Shown here in pieces: positions 26,992 through 35,692 of a stretch of DNA of 40,000 bases. The stretch comes from Lederbergia citri (GTDB lineage Bacteria > Bacillota > Bacilli > Bacillales > Bacillaceae_C). Every line of letters begins with the position of its first letter. The first letter of the stretch is position 1. Under the pieces are notes generated by a model that saw only the letters and a list, made by a program, of their open reading frames with translations, was not told the DNA's origin and ran no database searches. The translations under genes and the position numbers were made by a program. Location: the NCBI RefSeq assembly GCF_018343625.1, contig NZ_JAGYPG010000001.1, forward strand, positions 190,342 through 230,341, written 5' to 3'.

Positions 26992-27395
26992 TATCATCAT
27001 TTTTAGATGCAATTGTGGTGAATGTACCTAAAACTGAACGGATTAGGTTTGTGCAAGAAAGAAAGCAGAAATAAAAAGAGATAAACAGTTATCCATTTTT
27101 TAATATTCCAACGCAATTTTGCGGTGTGTTTTTATAAATAAAAACAACCATTAACTCTTCGAAAATCTAAAGAGTGCCACAAAAAATTTTTTTTATCTAA
27201 CTTCTTCCTCGTTCCTAAAAAGTTAAACAGACTATATAACATATATTTGTAAACAATGAGACAAGTGAAGAAGCTTGCACAAGATATTGAAGATCGTTTA
27301 ATTGGTTGTATTAATAAAAGTATATAGAAGGATAATAAGGGAAGAGGATAACTAATTATTCTGTTCCCTTTATTATTTAAGAAAGAGGTATGGTA

Positions 27396-27881
27396 ATGAA
27401 AAGATATACTTACATAATGTGGGGGTTATTAATTTTCCCATTGTTAACGATACCACTAATAGGAAAGAAACATTTTTTTCGATTTTTACCATCAGCGACT
27501 TTTGTTTCTTTGCTTTTAGCGCTAATGAGTGAAATAGCGCAATCTAGAAGATGGTGGAAGGTGAAAATCAATTTAATACCTGATCTAACCACTAATGTTT
27601 CCTTTGTATTGAGCTCCTTTTTTGTAGGAACGTTATGGGTATTTAAATATTCATATGGGAATTTTTTTAAGTATCTAGGAGCAAACATTATTTTGGATTG
27701 GTTATTTTCATATCCTTTTACCACCTTGTTTCAAAAACTTAATGTATTCAAATTAATTCGGTTTAGACAACATCAAATCTTTCTAACATTTATTTCATTT
27801 TCACTTATCATTTATTGGTTCCAGAAAAAAGTTGAGGAGTATGTAGGTAAGTCAAAAGTTGAAGAGTTAAAAACCCCGTAG
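27396..27881 (+). CDS. hypothetical multi-TM membrane protein (161 aa)
   Basis: ATG 27396 lies 7 nt after GAAAGAGGT. About 5 hydrophobic segments. An AAAACCCCG...CAGGGTTTTT hairpin lies at its 3' end. Confidence 0.55.
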   Translation: MKRYTYIMWGLLIFPLLTIPLIGKKHFFRFLPSATFVSLLLALMSEIAQSRRWWKVKINLIPDLTTNVSFVLSSFFVGTLWVFKYSYGNFFKYLGANIILDWLFSYPFTTLFQKLNVFKLIRFRQHQIFLTFISFSLIIYWFQKKVEEYVGKSKVEELKTP

Positions 27882-27889
27882 CAATACAG

Positions 27890-28260
27890 GGTTTTTATAT
27901 ACCGAAGAATACGTTTTCCAACCACGATCTAAATTGAGGGCTTTATATCCTAAATTAATTAAAATTCTAGTGGCAGTACATATTTTACTGTTCTCTTCTT
28001 GATTTAATTTAAACACTTCACTAAGATTTCAAATATCTAAATTAAACTTTTTACTCATACTCTCAACCGTTTGAACCAACATCTTGCTCAGTCCCTTAAT
28101 CGTTTCCCCAATATAGTTAGGCAATCCACAGTTGGCAAATGAAATGTGTATCCCTTTTTCAAATAAAACAATCGTTGATGTTTCATCCAGCCTTCTCAAT
28201 CTTGCGGCAGTTGTTGCTTCTTCAGCAACTCCACCTACTATTACTACGTTTTTTATGCAT
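27890..28260 (-). pseudogene. decayed CoA-disulfide reductase (CoADR-rhodanese type) remnant
   Basis: The minus strand reads an N-terminal FAD-binding region, then an in-frame stop, then only a rhodanese-type C-terminal tail. The N-terminal region is IKNVVIVGGVAEEATTAARLRRLDETSTIVLFEKGIHISFANCGLPNYIGE...LVQTVESMSKKFNLDI, with GG changed to EE in the GxGxxG motif. It is out of frame with the ATG at 28260. The tail is CTATRILINLGYKALNLDRGWKTY. Most of the roughly 550-aa gene is missing. Confidence 0.65.
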
Positions 28261-28415
28261 GTTGATATCTCTATTAATTTTTATACTTTGATGTGTTAAA
28301 AGTCACACCTTGGAACTTGTTTTGGTTTTATATGGAGGGGTGTTAATAAACATATTTACCAGAAAAAAGAGAATTCTAAGTATGACTTGTATACTTCAAC
28401 ATAAGGAGTGACGAA

Positions 28416-28736
28416 ATGAATACTAAGTCAAAAGTTGCTGAGATTTTACCAAAAGAAGTATCTGAAAAAGTTAGGCAAGGAAAAGCGCAAAGTATTATCG
28501 ATGTTCGTGAACATGAAGAAGTTGTACAAGGGAAAATACCTGGTGCTTACCATATCCCTTTAGGAGAGCTTGAAAATAGATTACATGAAATTGACAAAGA
28601 CAAGGAGCATTTTATGGTATGTCGATCGGGGAGTCGGAGTGGGATGGCTGCTGAGTTTTTGCAAGATAAGGGGTATAAAGTGAAAAATATGGTTGGTGGA
28701 ATGCTAAATTGGGAAGATGAAGTTGAAAAACCGTAA
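28416..28736 (+). CDS. single-domain rhodanese sulfurtransferase (cluster 1)
   Basis: AAGGAG RBS. Active-site loop CRSGSRS. Paralog of 34745-35041. Confidence 0.85.
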   Translation: MNTKSKVAEILPKEVSEKVRQGKAQSIIDVREHEEVVQGKIPGAYHIPLGELENRLHEIDKDKEHFMVCRSGSRSGMAAEFLQDKGYKVKNMVGGMLNWEDEVEKP

Positions 28737-28756
28737 CCCAAGAAGGAGGAATCTCA

Positions 28757-29329
28757 ATGGAAGTTACAGTTAACAGGGTGTTAGATGCAAAGGGACTAGC
28801 TTGCCCGATGCCAATTGTAAAAACAAAAAAAGAAATGAACACCCTTGAACCAGGTGAAGTGATGGAAATTCAAGCTACCGATAAAGGTTCAACAGCTGAT
28901 TTAAAGGCTTGGGCTTCTAGTACCGGTCATCAATATTTAGGAACTGTAGAAGAGGGCGAGACATTAAAACATTATCTTCGAAAAGCTCGTTCAGAAGAAG
29001 AAAAACCTGAAGCAAAACATCCGGATGTGGTTCATTTAGATGAATTATTAAATAAATTAGATGGTAATGAAAAAGTAACTGTTTTAGATGTGAGAGAACC
29101 GGCTGAATATGCATTCGGTCATGTTCCAGGCGCCATAAATATCCCTCTTGGTGAATTAGAAAATCGGTTTGAAGAACTTAACAATGTAGACAATCTACAT
29201 GTCATTTGTAGGACGGGGAGTCGGAGTGATTTTGCTTCACAAAAGTTAACCGAAAAAGGTTTTAGAAACGTTAAAAATGTAGTTCCTGGAATGAAAGACT
29301 GGACAGGTCCGGTCGATAAAAATCATTAA
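28757..29329 (+). CDS. TusA-rhodanese fusion sulfurtransferase (YrkF-like, cluster 1)
   Basis: N-terminal TusA motif DAKGLACPMPIVKTKK and C-terminal rhodanese loop CRTGSRS. Confidence 0.85.
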   Translation: MEVTVNRVLDAKGLACPMPIVKTKKEMNTLEPGEVMEIQATDKGSTADLKAWASSTGHQYLGTVEEGETLKHYLRKARSEEEKPEAKHPDVVHLDELLNKLDGNEKVTVLDVREPAEYAFGHVPGAINIPLGELENRFEELNNVDNLHVICRTGSRSDFASQKLTEKGFRNVKNVVPGMKDWTGPVDKNH

Positions 29330-29345
29330 ACAAGGAGGAATAAAA

Positions 29346-29735
29346 ATGAAAGTAGCTATCATTGCCTCAAACGGTGGGATGTTTGATGCCTATAAAGTAT
29401 TCAATATTGCAACGGCTGCAGCTGCTACTGATGCTGAAGTGGGAATCTTTTTTACATTTGAAGGCTTAAATCTCATTCATAAAGAAGGTCATAAAAATTT
29501 GCCAATGCCTAAAGGAACAGAACATTTTCAAGAAGGATTTAAAAAAGCGAATGTTCCACCAGTTGAAGAGCTAGTTGCAATGGCGAGTGAGATGGGTGTA
29601 AAAATGATTGCGTGCCAAATGACAATGGATGTTATGAGTTTAGAAAAAGAGCATTTTGTAGAAGGGATTGATGTTGGCGGTGCAGTTACATTCCTATCCT
29701 TTGCTAAAGATGCAGACGTGACCCTTACGTTCTAA
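29346..29735 (+). CDS. DsrE/DsrF-like family protein (cluster 1)
   Basis: 129 aa with the conserved Cys in the IACQMTMDVM segment. Paralog of 35939-36331. Confidence 0.75.
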   Translation: MKVAIIASNGGMFDAYKVFNIATAAAATDAEVGIFFTFEGLNLIHKEGHKNLPMPKGTEHFQEGFKKANVPPVEELVAMASEMGVKMIACQMTMDVMSLEKEHFVEGIDVGGAVTFLSFAKDADVTLTF

Positions 29736-29746
29736 AGGAGTGAAGA

Positions 29747-29988
29747 ATGATGAGTAAGAATGTTACTGTCTATACCACAAACACACTTGTCCCTATTGTG
29801 TAATGATAAAAAACTTTTTAAATGAGCAAGGTGTGGCATTTAAAGAAGTAAATGTGCAAGAAGATCCTGCTGCAGGAGATAAATTGGTTGAAACAACAGG
29901 TCAGATGGGAGTCCCTCAAATTGAAATCAGTGGTGAGTGGGTTTTAGGGTATGATACCGAAACGGTTACTCAACTTTTAGAAAAGTAA
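29747..29988 (+). pseudogene. glutaredoxin-like gene with a frameshift just before the CPYC motif (cluster 1)
   Basis: After AAGGAG, the ATG at 29747 gives MMSKNVTVYTTNTLVPIV then a stop. Shifting by one base restores CPYCVMIKNFLNEQG..., which is the frame of track ORF 29803..29988. The copy-2 paralog has cacacgctgtccg where this copy has cacac-ttgtccc. Confidence 0.7.
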
Positions 29989-30001
29989 AAGGAGGAGACA
30001 C

Positions 30002-31138
30002 ATGGGAACAACAACATCTGTGAAAACAATATCTGTTAAAGATTTAGCTCGGAAAGTAATTAATCATGAAGACCTTTTCATTCTTGATGCACGAAATACA
30101 GATGATTTTGACGATTGGAAAATCGAGGGACGAAATATAGAGGTCATAAATAAGCCATACTTTGATCTTTTAGAAGGGGTAGATTCAATATTAGAGAAGT
30201 TACCAAAAAATAAAGAAATTTATGTCATCTGTGCAAAAGGTGGATCTTCTGAATTCGTTGCAGAACAAATTATGGGAGCTGGATTTACAGATGTTTATTC
30301 GGTTGAAGGTGGTATGAAAGCCTGGAGTGAACACCTTGAGCCAATAAAAATAGGTAGTTTAAAAAATGGAGGAAGCATCTATCAATTTGTACGTATTGGA
30401 AAAGGCTGCCTTTCCTACTTAATTGAGTCTGACGGGAAAGGGGCAATAATTGATACTAACAGAATGTTGTCTCCATATGAAGAGATGATAAAGGAACATA
30501 ATATTACGTTAACACACGTTTTAGATACTCATTTGCATGCTGACCATATTTCTGGTGGTAGAGAACTTGCTGAAAAACATGGTGCAACCTATTATTTACC
30601 ACCAAAGGATGCTACAGAAGTCACATATAACTATTCACAAATTAATGATGGCGATGAATACAAGGTTGGACAGACAACCATAAAAGCCATTTACTCTCCT
30701 GGGCATACCATTGGTAGTACATCTTTTGTCGTTGATGATCAATATTTGTTAACTGGTGACATTTTATTTATTGATTCCATTGGTCGCCCTGATCTAGCTG
30801 GTAAAGCTGAAGACTGGGTAGGAGATTTAAGAAATACCCTTTATCAACGTTACAAAGAGCTAGCTGATAATCTTCTAGTGCTACCTGCCCATTACATGGG
30901 AATTAACGAAATGAATGATGATGGAAGTATTTCAGAAAAACTTGGTGTGCTTTATCAACAAAATCATGGATTAAATATTAATGATGAAGCTGAATTCAGA
31001 AAAACGGTGACAGAAAATCTTCCGCCACAGCCAAATTCATACCAAGAAATTCGTGAAACAAATATGGGTAAAATCAAACCTGAGGAAGAACAACAAAGAG
31101 AAATGGAAATCGGTCCTAACCGATGTGCCGTTAGATAA
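30002..31138 (+). CDS. rhodanese-MBL fusion, persulfide-dioxygenase-like (YrkH/CstB-like, cluster 1)
   Basis: N-terminal rhodanese-like domain. MBL signature [11 protein letters not shown] plus SPGHTIGS and a C-terminal GPNRCAVR. Confidence 0.8.
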   Translation: MGTTTSVKTISVKDLARKVINHEDLFILDARNTDDFDDWKIEGRNIEVINKPYFDLLEGVDSILEKLPKNKEIYVICAKGGSSEFVAEQIMGAGFTDVYSVEGGMKAWSEHLEPIKIGSLKNGGSIYQFVRIGKGCLSYLIESDGKGAIIDTNRMLSPYEEMIKEHNITLTHVLDTHLHADHISGGRELAEKHGATYYLPPKDATEVTYNYSQINDGDEYKVGQTTIKAIYSPGHTIGSTSFVVDDQYLLTGDILFIDSIGRPDLAGKAEDWVGDLRNTLYQRYKELADNLLVLPAHYMGINEMNDDGSISEKLGVLYQQNHGLNINDEAEFRKTVTENLPPQPNSYQEIRETNMGKIKPEEEQQREMEIGPNRCAVR

Positions 31139-31150
31139 GGAGGTAATACC

Positions 31151-31378
31151 ATGGAAGCTAATAAAGTGTTAGATGCAAAAGGGCTAGCTTGTCCTATGCC
31201 AATTGTAAAAACAAAAAAAGAAATGGATGCATTAAGTTCAGGGGAGGTCCTTGAGATTCATGCAACAGATAAAGGGGCAAAAAATGACTTGACCGCATGG
31301 GCACAATCGGGTGGACACGAATTGCTAAAAGATGAAGAAGAAAATGGTGTTTATAAGTTCTGGTTAAAAAAAGGATAG
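31151..31378 (+). CDS. TusA-family sulfur carrier (YrkI-like, cluster 1)
   Basis: 75 aa with the motif DAKGLACPMPIVKTKK. Confidence 0.85.
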   Translation: MEANKVLDAKGLACPMPIVKTKKEMDALSSGEVLEIHATDKGAKNDLTAWAQSGGHELLKDEEENGVYKFWLKKG

Positions 31379-31384
31379 AATTTA

Positions 31385-31420
31385 GGGGAAGGTACCTTTA
31401 AACGGTTACCCTCCCCCTTT
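31385..31420 (+). terminator. GC-rich imperfect hairpin between tusA-like and tauE-like genes (cluster 1)
   Basis: GGGGAAGGTACC-tttaaac-GGTTACCCTCCCC stem (with bulges) followed by CTTT. A hairpin occupies the same position in cluster 2. Confidence 0.4.
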
Positions 31421-31438
31421 GATTGGAGGAAAAAGAAA

Positions 31439-32218
31439 GTGGATATTGCATTTATCGTGGTTATATTCCTTATCGGTTTTATTGGATCCTTCATATCCGG
31501 AATGGTTGGAATTGGTGGATCGATTATTAAGTATCCCATGCTTCTATACATTCCGCCACTGTTTGGATTAGCTGCATTTAGTGCACATGAGGTGTCTGGA
31601 ATTAGCGCCGTACAAGTTTTCTTCGCCACAATAGGGGGAGTATGGGCTTATAGAAAAGGCGGGTACTTGAATAAAACGTTAATTATATACATGGGTGTTG
31701 CCATATTAATTGGTAGTTTTATTGGTGGATATGGCTCAAAGCTCATGACCGAAAGTGGAATTAACTTTGTATATGGAATTCTAGCTTTAATCGCCGTTGT
31801 GATGATGTTCTTGCCTAAAAAAGGAATCGACGAGATCCCTCTTGATCAGGTGAAGTTTAATAAATGGCTCGCAGCTGTTCTAGCTTTAATAGTTGGGATT
31901 GGTGCGGGAATTGTTGGTGCTGCTGGTGCATTCATTTTAGTTCCTATCATGCTCGTAGTGCTAAAAATTCCAACTAGAATGACGATAGCGACTTCTTTGG
32001 CTATTACGTTTATTTCGTCAATTGGTGCAACTGTTGGGAAAATTACAACGGGTCAAGTTGAATATTATCCAGCGTTAATCATGGTTGTTGCAAGCCTAAT
32101 CGCTTCACCACTTGGTGCTAATTTTGGGAAAAAAATTAATACCAAAATCCTACAATGGATTTTGGCACTACTCATATTAGCTACTTCAATTAAAATTTGG
32201 TCTGATATTTTATTTTAA
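31439..32218 (+). CDS. TauE/SafE-family (DUF81) membrane transporter (YrkJ-like, cluster 1)
   Basis: GTG start after GGAGG. 259 aa with about 8 TM segments and Gly-rich repeats ([23 protein letters not shown]). Confidence 0.8.
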   Translation: MDIAFIVVIFLIGFIGSFISGMVGIGGSIIKYPMLLYIPPLFGLAAFSAHEVSGISAVQVFFATIGGVWAYRKGGYLNKTLIIYMGVAILIGSFIGGYGSKLMTESGINFVYGILALIAVVMMFLPKKGIDEIPLDQVKFNKWLAAVLALIVGIGAGIVGAAGAFILVPIMLVVLKIPTRMTIATSLAITFISSIGATVGKITTGQVEYYPALIMVVASLIASPLGANFGKKINTKILQWILALLILATSIKIWSDILF

Positions 32219-32394
32219 AACACCTTATTACTTTCAACGTATGTCTCAAGTGCAGGATGATATTCCCTTTGGAAATGATTATCTGGACATGATTTAATTA
32301 CAATTGAGAGTAATGAGTTCGTTTTATCGCTGACTAAATTTTTATTACAAGTAGGACATTTCTCATTGAAAAGAGATTTTAAAAAACGTTTCAT
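32215..32394 (-). CDS. unannotated 59-aa Cys-containing protein (CPxC...CPxxH)
   Basis: AGGAGG RBS 8 nt before the ATG at 32394. The protein is [59 protein letters not shown]. Its stop overlaps the tauE-like stop. It is just below the track cutoff. Confidence 0.4.
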   Translation of the reverse strand: MKRFLKSLFNEKCPTCNKNLVSDKTNSLLSIVIKSCPDNHFQREYHPALETYVESNKVF

Positions 32395-32505
32395 ATAAGG
32401 TTCCTCCTATATCCTTTAATTCCTATAATTATACTAGGTATTATAGAAGATTTATTTTAAAAACTCAATGGGTTTATATACCAATCAACGAGAGGATGGG
32501 AATAC

Positions 32506-32907
32506 GTGAGAGATCTATTTCCACCAACTACAATTAAAGTAAAGTTAAACACTGATGATGGAATCAATAATGAAATAGAACGAAAAACTGCCCATAATAT
32601 CAACAAATACTACCGAAAAACTGAAGAAGAAATAGATAGACGTATTAAAGAATTAAATTATGAATGGGATACCGAAAGAGTTTTAGAACTTAACTTTGCA
32701 TCAATTGTATTGATATCATCTTTACTTGGATTATTAGGCAATAAAAAATGGATGGCATTGTCTGGAATTACAAGTGTGTTTATGATCCAACATTCTTTAC
32801 AGGGATGGTGCCCACCTTTACCGATTATTAGAAGAATGGGAATAAGGACAGCAGTGGAAATTACGAAGGAAAAGGAAGCTTTAAGAAAGCTTAAATCTTT
32901 AAAATGA
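32506..32907 (+). CDS. DUF2892 (YgaP-like membrane domain) protein
   Basis: C-terminal two-TM segment ending in LQGWCPPLPIIRRMG, typical of DUF2892. About 60 aa of soluble N-terminus. Confidence 0.65.
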   Translation: MRDLFPPTTIKVKLNTDDGINNEIERKTAHNINKYYRKTEEEIDRRIKELNYEWDTERVLELNFASIVLISSLLGLLGNKKWMALSGITSVFMIQHSLQGWCPPLPIIRRMGIRTAVEITKEKEALRKLKSLK

Positions 32908-32940
32908 AGAAATTCATCCTTAGGATAAATGCCTATAAAA

Positions 32941-32972
32941 GCTCATGAGATATTATTCATGGGCTCATTTTA
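32941..32972 (+). terminator. probable terminator
   Basis: GCTCATGA-gatattat-TCATGGGC stem (one G-U pair) followed by a T-rich tail. Confidence 0.45.
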
Positions 32973-32991
32973 TATATTTGTTTTTAGAGTG

Positions 32992-33020
32992 TTGACAATA
33001 TACCCAGTACGGTATATTAT
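32992..33020 (+). promoter_or_regulatory. sigma-A promoter with embedded CstR/CsoR-type operator (op1)
   Basis: TTGACA (32992-32997), a 17-nt spacer, then TATTAT (33015-33020). The spacer contains the palindrome ATATACC-CAGTAC-GGTATAT (32998-33017). Confidence 0.65.
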
Positions 33021-33059
33021 AAGTCTTGTCAGCCGCTGAAAGTTAGGAGGACAGTCAAC

Positions 33060-33443
33060 ATGGCGATTGTAATGTTTGTTTTATTAATAGTTGTCGGTTA
33101 CCTGATAGCTATAAGATATTTTCCAATCATAGGACTAAATTATATAGATAATAAGAAAGAACTAGATTTAACAACATTGATTAAAGTAGATGTTAGGGAC
33201 TATAATGAGTCCTATAAAAATCCCGTAAAGGGAGCAATCAATGTTCCAGTTGCATACCTGAAAAGGTACTACTTGGAAATACCAAGTAAAAATCTGATAG
33301 TAGTTGCTTCGAATCGCCTTGAAAAGAATGTTGGTATTCGATTCTTACGTACAAAGGGATTTAAGGTGGTTGGATACACAATTACTAATGAAGAACAAAC
33401 TGTATCAAAGGGAAATCAATTAAATAAAGAAACTTATTGTTAA
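33060..33443 (+). CDS. membrane-anchored rhodanese-homology protein lacking the catalytic Cys
   Basis: N-terminal TM segment. Rhodanese-like fold sequence (VDVRDYNESYKNPVKGAINVP) with VVASNRLEKN where paralogs have CQSGMRS or CRSGxRS. Confidence 0.65.
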   Translation: MAIVMFVLLIVVGYLIAIRYFPIIGLNYIDNKKELDLTTLIKVDVRDYNESYKNPVKGAINVPVAYLKRYYLEIPSKNLIVVASNRLEKNVGIRFLRTKGFKVVGYTITNEEQTVSKGNQLNKETYC

Positions 33444-33456
33444 GGGGGGAAAACAG

Positions 33457-33720
33457 ATGGAATACAACGATCAAATGAAAAACAGAGTAAAGCGCATTGA
33501 AGGACAACTTAGAGGAATCTTAAGAATGATGGAAGAAAATAAAGACTGTAAAGATGTTATCACTCAGTTATCTGCAGCAAGAACAGCAATTGATCGGACA
33601 ATTGGAGTTGTCGTCAGTTCAAATTTAGTGGAATGTGTTCGAAACGCCGAAGAAACTGGTGAGAGAAATACAGAAGAACTACTAAAAGAAGCTGTCAATC
33701 TGCTTGTAAGAAGTAGATAG
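33457..33720 (+). CDS. cstR: CsoR-family repressor of the CstR (persulfide-sensing) type
   Basis: 87 aa of DUF156/CsoR-like sequence (RIEGQLRGILRMMEE). Cys31 and Cys60 are present, with Asn56 where Cu-sensing CsoR has His. This C-N-C pattern and the Cys numbering match what I recall for S. aureus CstR. Confidence 0.7.
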   Translation: MEYNDQMKNRVKRIEGQLRGILRMMEENKDCKDVITQLSAARTAIDRTIGVVVSSNLVECVRNAEETGERNTEELLKEAVNLLVRSR

Positions 33721-33731
33721 AAATAAAGAGG

Positions 33732-33761
33732 TTGACTCTCTTTTATTTTTAATAATATAAT
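33732..33761 (+). promoter_or_regulatory. candidate promoter of the cluster-2 operon (TTGACT-18 nt-TATAAT)
   Basis: -35 at 33732-33737 and -10 at 33756-33761. Operator op2 overlaps the -10 and +1 region. Confidence 0.5.
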
Positions 33762-33774
33762 ACCCATGGGGGTA
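33760..33774. promoter_or_regulatory. CstR/CsoR-type operator op2
   Basis: aTACCC-ATGG-GGGTA palindrome. Confidence 0.6.
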
Positions 33775-33804
33775 GAGATAAGTGTAAAAAAATTATACAG
33801 ATAA

Positions 33805-33819
33805 ATACCCTAATGGGTA
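33805..33819. promoter_or_regulatory. CstR/CsoR-type operator op3
   Basis: aTACCC-TAAT-GGGTA palindrome, about 22 nt before the DsrE-like start. Confidence 0.6.
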
Positions 33820-33841
33820 ACAACAAAGAGGAGGAACAAGC

Positions 33842-34321
33842 ATGACAGAAAAGAAAAAAACCACAATCGTATTATTTAGTGGTGATTATGATAAAGCAAT
33901 GGCAGCTTATATTATTGCAAATGGTGCAGCTGCCTATGATCATGAAGTAACAATTTTCCACACATTTTGGGGGTTAAATGCTCTTCGAAAAGATGAAAAT
34001 ATTCAAGTTAAAAAGGGATTCATGGAAAAGATGTTTGGCAAAATGATGCCAAGAGGTGCTGACAAAATGGGTCTGTCAAAAATGCATTTCGCAGGTTTCG
34101 GTCCTAAAATGATTAAAGATGTGATGAAAAAGCATAATGCAATGCCACTTCCAGATTTAATTGAAATGGCAAAAGAACAAGATGTAAAGCTCGTTGCATG
34201 TACGATGACAATGGATTTATTAGGACTTCAAAAAGAAGAACTTTTAGATAATATTGAATATGCAGGTGTAGCTGCGTATTTAGCAGATGCAGAAGATGGA
34301 AATGTAAATCTATTTATCTAA
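33842..34321 (+). CDS. DsrE/DsrF-like protein (YrkE-like, 159 aa)
   Basis: DsrE-like core with an insert. Conserved Cys in the LVACTMTMDLLG segment. Confidence 0.75.
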   Translation: MTEKKKTTIVLFSGDYDKAMAAYIIANGAAAYDHEVTIFHTFWGLNALRKDENIQVKKGFMEKMFGKMMPRGADKMGLSKMHFAGFGPKMIKDVMKKHNAMPLPDLIEMAKEQDVKLVACTMTMDLLGLQKEELLDNIEYAGVAAYLADAEDGNVNLFI

Positions 34322-34366
34322 ACACGTTAGGGGGATTCTCCCCTACATAAAAAGGAGGGAGTAAGT

Positions 34367-34729
34367 TTGGAATATCTAAATTATATAATTATTGGACTCT
34401 TTCTGTTATTTATCATTAAACGAATCATCCCGGTTAAAGGTGTTAGACAAATTTCAACAACAGATTTAAAAAATGAATTAAAAGATAAGAATAAACAATT
34501 TGTTGACGTTCGTACTCCTGGGGAGTTTAAGGGAAATAACATCAAAGGGTTTAAAAACCTTCCGCTCCAACAACTTGCGCAAAAAGCGGAGAAGGAACTA
34601 TCAAAAGACAAAGAAGTAGTTGTTATATGTCAAAGTGGAATGAGAAGTCAAAATGCTACTAAAATATTAAAAAAATTAGGATTTACGAACGTGACAAATG
34701 TAAAAGGTGGTATGAGTGCCTGGAGATAA
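34367..34729 (+). CDS. membrane-anchored rhodanese sulfurtransferase
   Basis: TTG start after AGGAGGGAG. N-terminal TM segment and active loop CQSGMRS. Confidence 0.8.
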   Translation: MEYLNYIIIGLFLLFIIKRIIPVKGVRQISTTDLKNELKDKNKQFVDVRTPGEFKGNNIKGFKNLPLQQLAQKAEKELSKDKEVVVICQSGMRSQNATKILKKLGFTNVTNVKGGMSAWR

Positions 34730-34744
34730 AAAGGAGGAGAAAAA

Positions 34745-35041
34745 ATGAAGCAGTTATCCGCTAAAGAAGTAGAAACATTATTAGTAGAAGGTCAACCATT
34801 AAACCTAATTGATGTTCGTGAAGTGGAAGAAGTGGAAACTGGGAAAATCCCAGGAGCGATCCACATTCCACTAGGGTTATTAGAATTCCGTTTGCATGAA
34901 TTAGATAAGTCACAAGACTATATCATGGTTTGTCGTTCTGGTGCACGTAGTGGGCGCGCCTGTCAATTTCTTGAAAGTCATGGGTTTAAGGTAACCAACA
35001 TGACAGGCGGAATGCTTGCATGGGAAGGCGAAACAAAATAA
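34745..35041 (+). CDS. single-domain rhodanese sulfurtransferase (cluster 2)
   Basis: Active loop CRSGARS. 98 aa. Confidence 0.85.
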   Translation: MKQLSAKEVETLLVEGQPLNLIDVREVEEVETGKIPGAIHIPLGLLEFRLHELDKSQDYIMVCRSGARSGRACQFLESHGFKVTNMTGGMLAWEGETK

Positions 35042-35064
35042 GGTGATTTTTTTTAGAAGTTAAT

Positions 35065-35079
35065 ATACCCATAAGGGTA
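35065..35079. promoter_or_regulatory. CstR/CsoR-type operator op4 (internal)
   Basis: aTACCC-ATAA-GGGTA palindrome, 22 nt before the TusA-rhodanese start. Confidence 0.6.
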
Positions 35080-35101
35080 ATAAATAGGAGGTTTTTATAT
35101 T

Positions 35102-35677
35102 ATGAATTCATTAAAAACAGATCTTTTATTAGATGCAAAGGGCTTAGCTTGCCCAATGCCTATCGTAAAAACAAAAAAGGCAATGAATGAGTTACAAGCT
35201 GGTCAAGTCTTAGAGGTTCAAGCAACAGATAAAGGGTCAAAAGCTGACCTGGAAGCATGGGCAAAAAGCGCTGGACATCAGTATCTAGGCACAATTGAAC
35301 AAGGAGATGTGTTAAAGCATTACCTTAGAAAATCTTCCAATGATGGAACAATTGAAAGAAAACATCCTAATGTTACAAGTAATGAAGAGCTTGAAAAGAA
35401 GCTTTTAGCAAATGAGAATATTGTAGTTTTAGATGTGAGAGAAGCAGCAGAGTATGCTTTTAACCATATTCCTAATGCAATTTCAATTCCTTTAGGAGAG
35501 TTAGAAAATCGATTCTCAGAATTAAATACAGGAGATGAGATTTATGTGGTTTGCCGAACAGGAAACCGTAGTGATCTTGCAGCTCAAAAGTTAGCTGAAA
35601 AAGGTTTTTCTAATGTAATTAATGTTGTGCCAGGGATGAGTGCTTGGTCAGGCAAAACCAATAGTGTAAATAAATAA
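35102..35677 (+). CDS. TusA-rhodanese fusion sulfurtransferase (YrkF-like, cluster 2)
   Basis: TusA motif DAKGLACPMPIVKTKK plus rhodanese loop CRTGNRS. Confidence 0.85.
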   Translation: MNSLKTDLLLDAKGLACPMPIVKTKKAMNELQAGQVLEVQATDKGSKADLEAWAKSAGHQYLGTIEQGDVLKHYLRKSSNDGTIERKHPNVTSNEELEKKLLANENIVVLDVREAAEYAFNHIPNAISIPLGELENRFSELNTGDEIYVVCRTGNRSDLAAQKLAEKGFSNVINVVPGMSAWSGKTNSVNK

Positions 35678-35692
35678 GGAGGGAAAATTGAT

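Larger units (their letters stand above)
18381..27890. mobile_element. putative tRNA-Val-associated integrative island (right boundary uncertain)
   Basis: An integrase lies next to the tRNA, a tRNA half-copy is present, and the DNA is visibly AT-richer than its flanks. Cargo is orphan or unknown genes, a RuvC-like nuclease and long ORF-poor stretches. It ends near a decayed cdr gene. No distal direct repeat was found. Confidence 0.45.

Noticed and set aside
28261-28415. CstR operator upstream of cluster 1
   Set aside because: The nearest candidate (TATATGGAGGGGTGTTAATA) does not preserve the TACCC/GGGTA half-sites.
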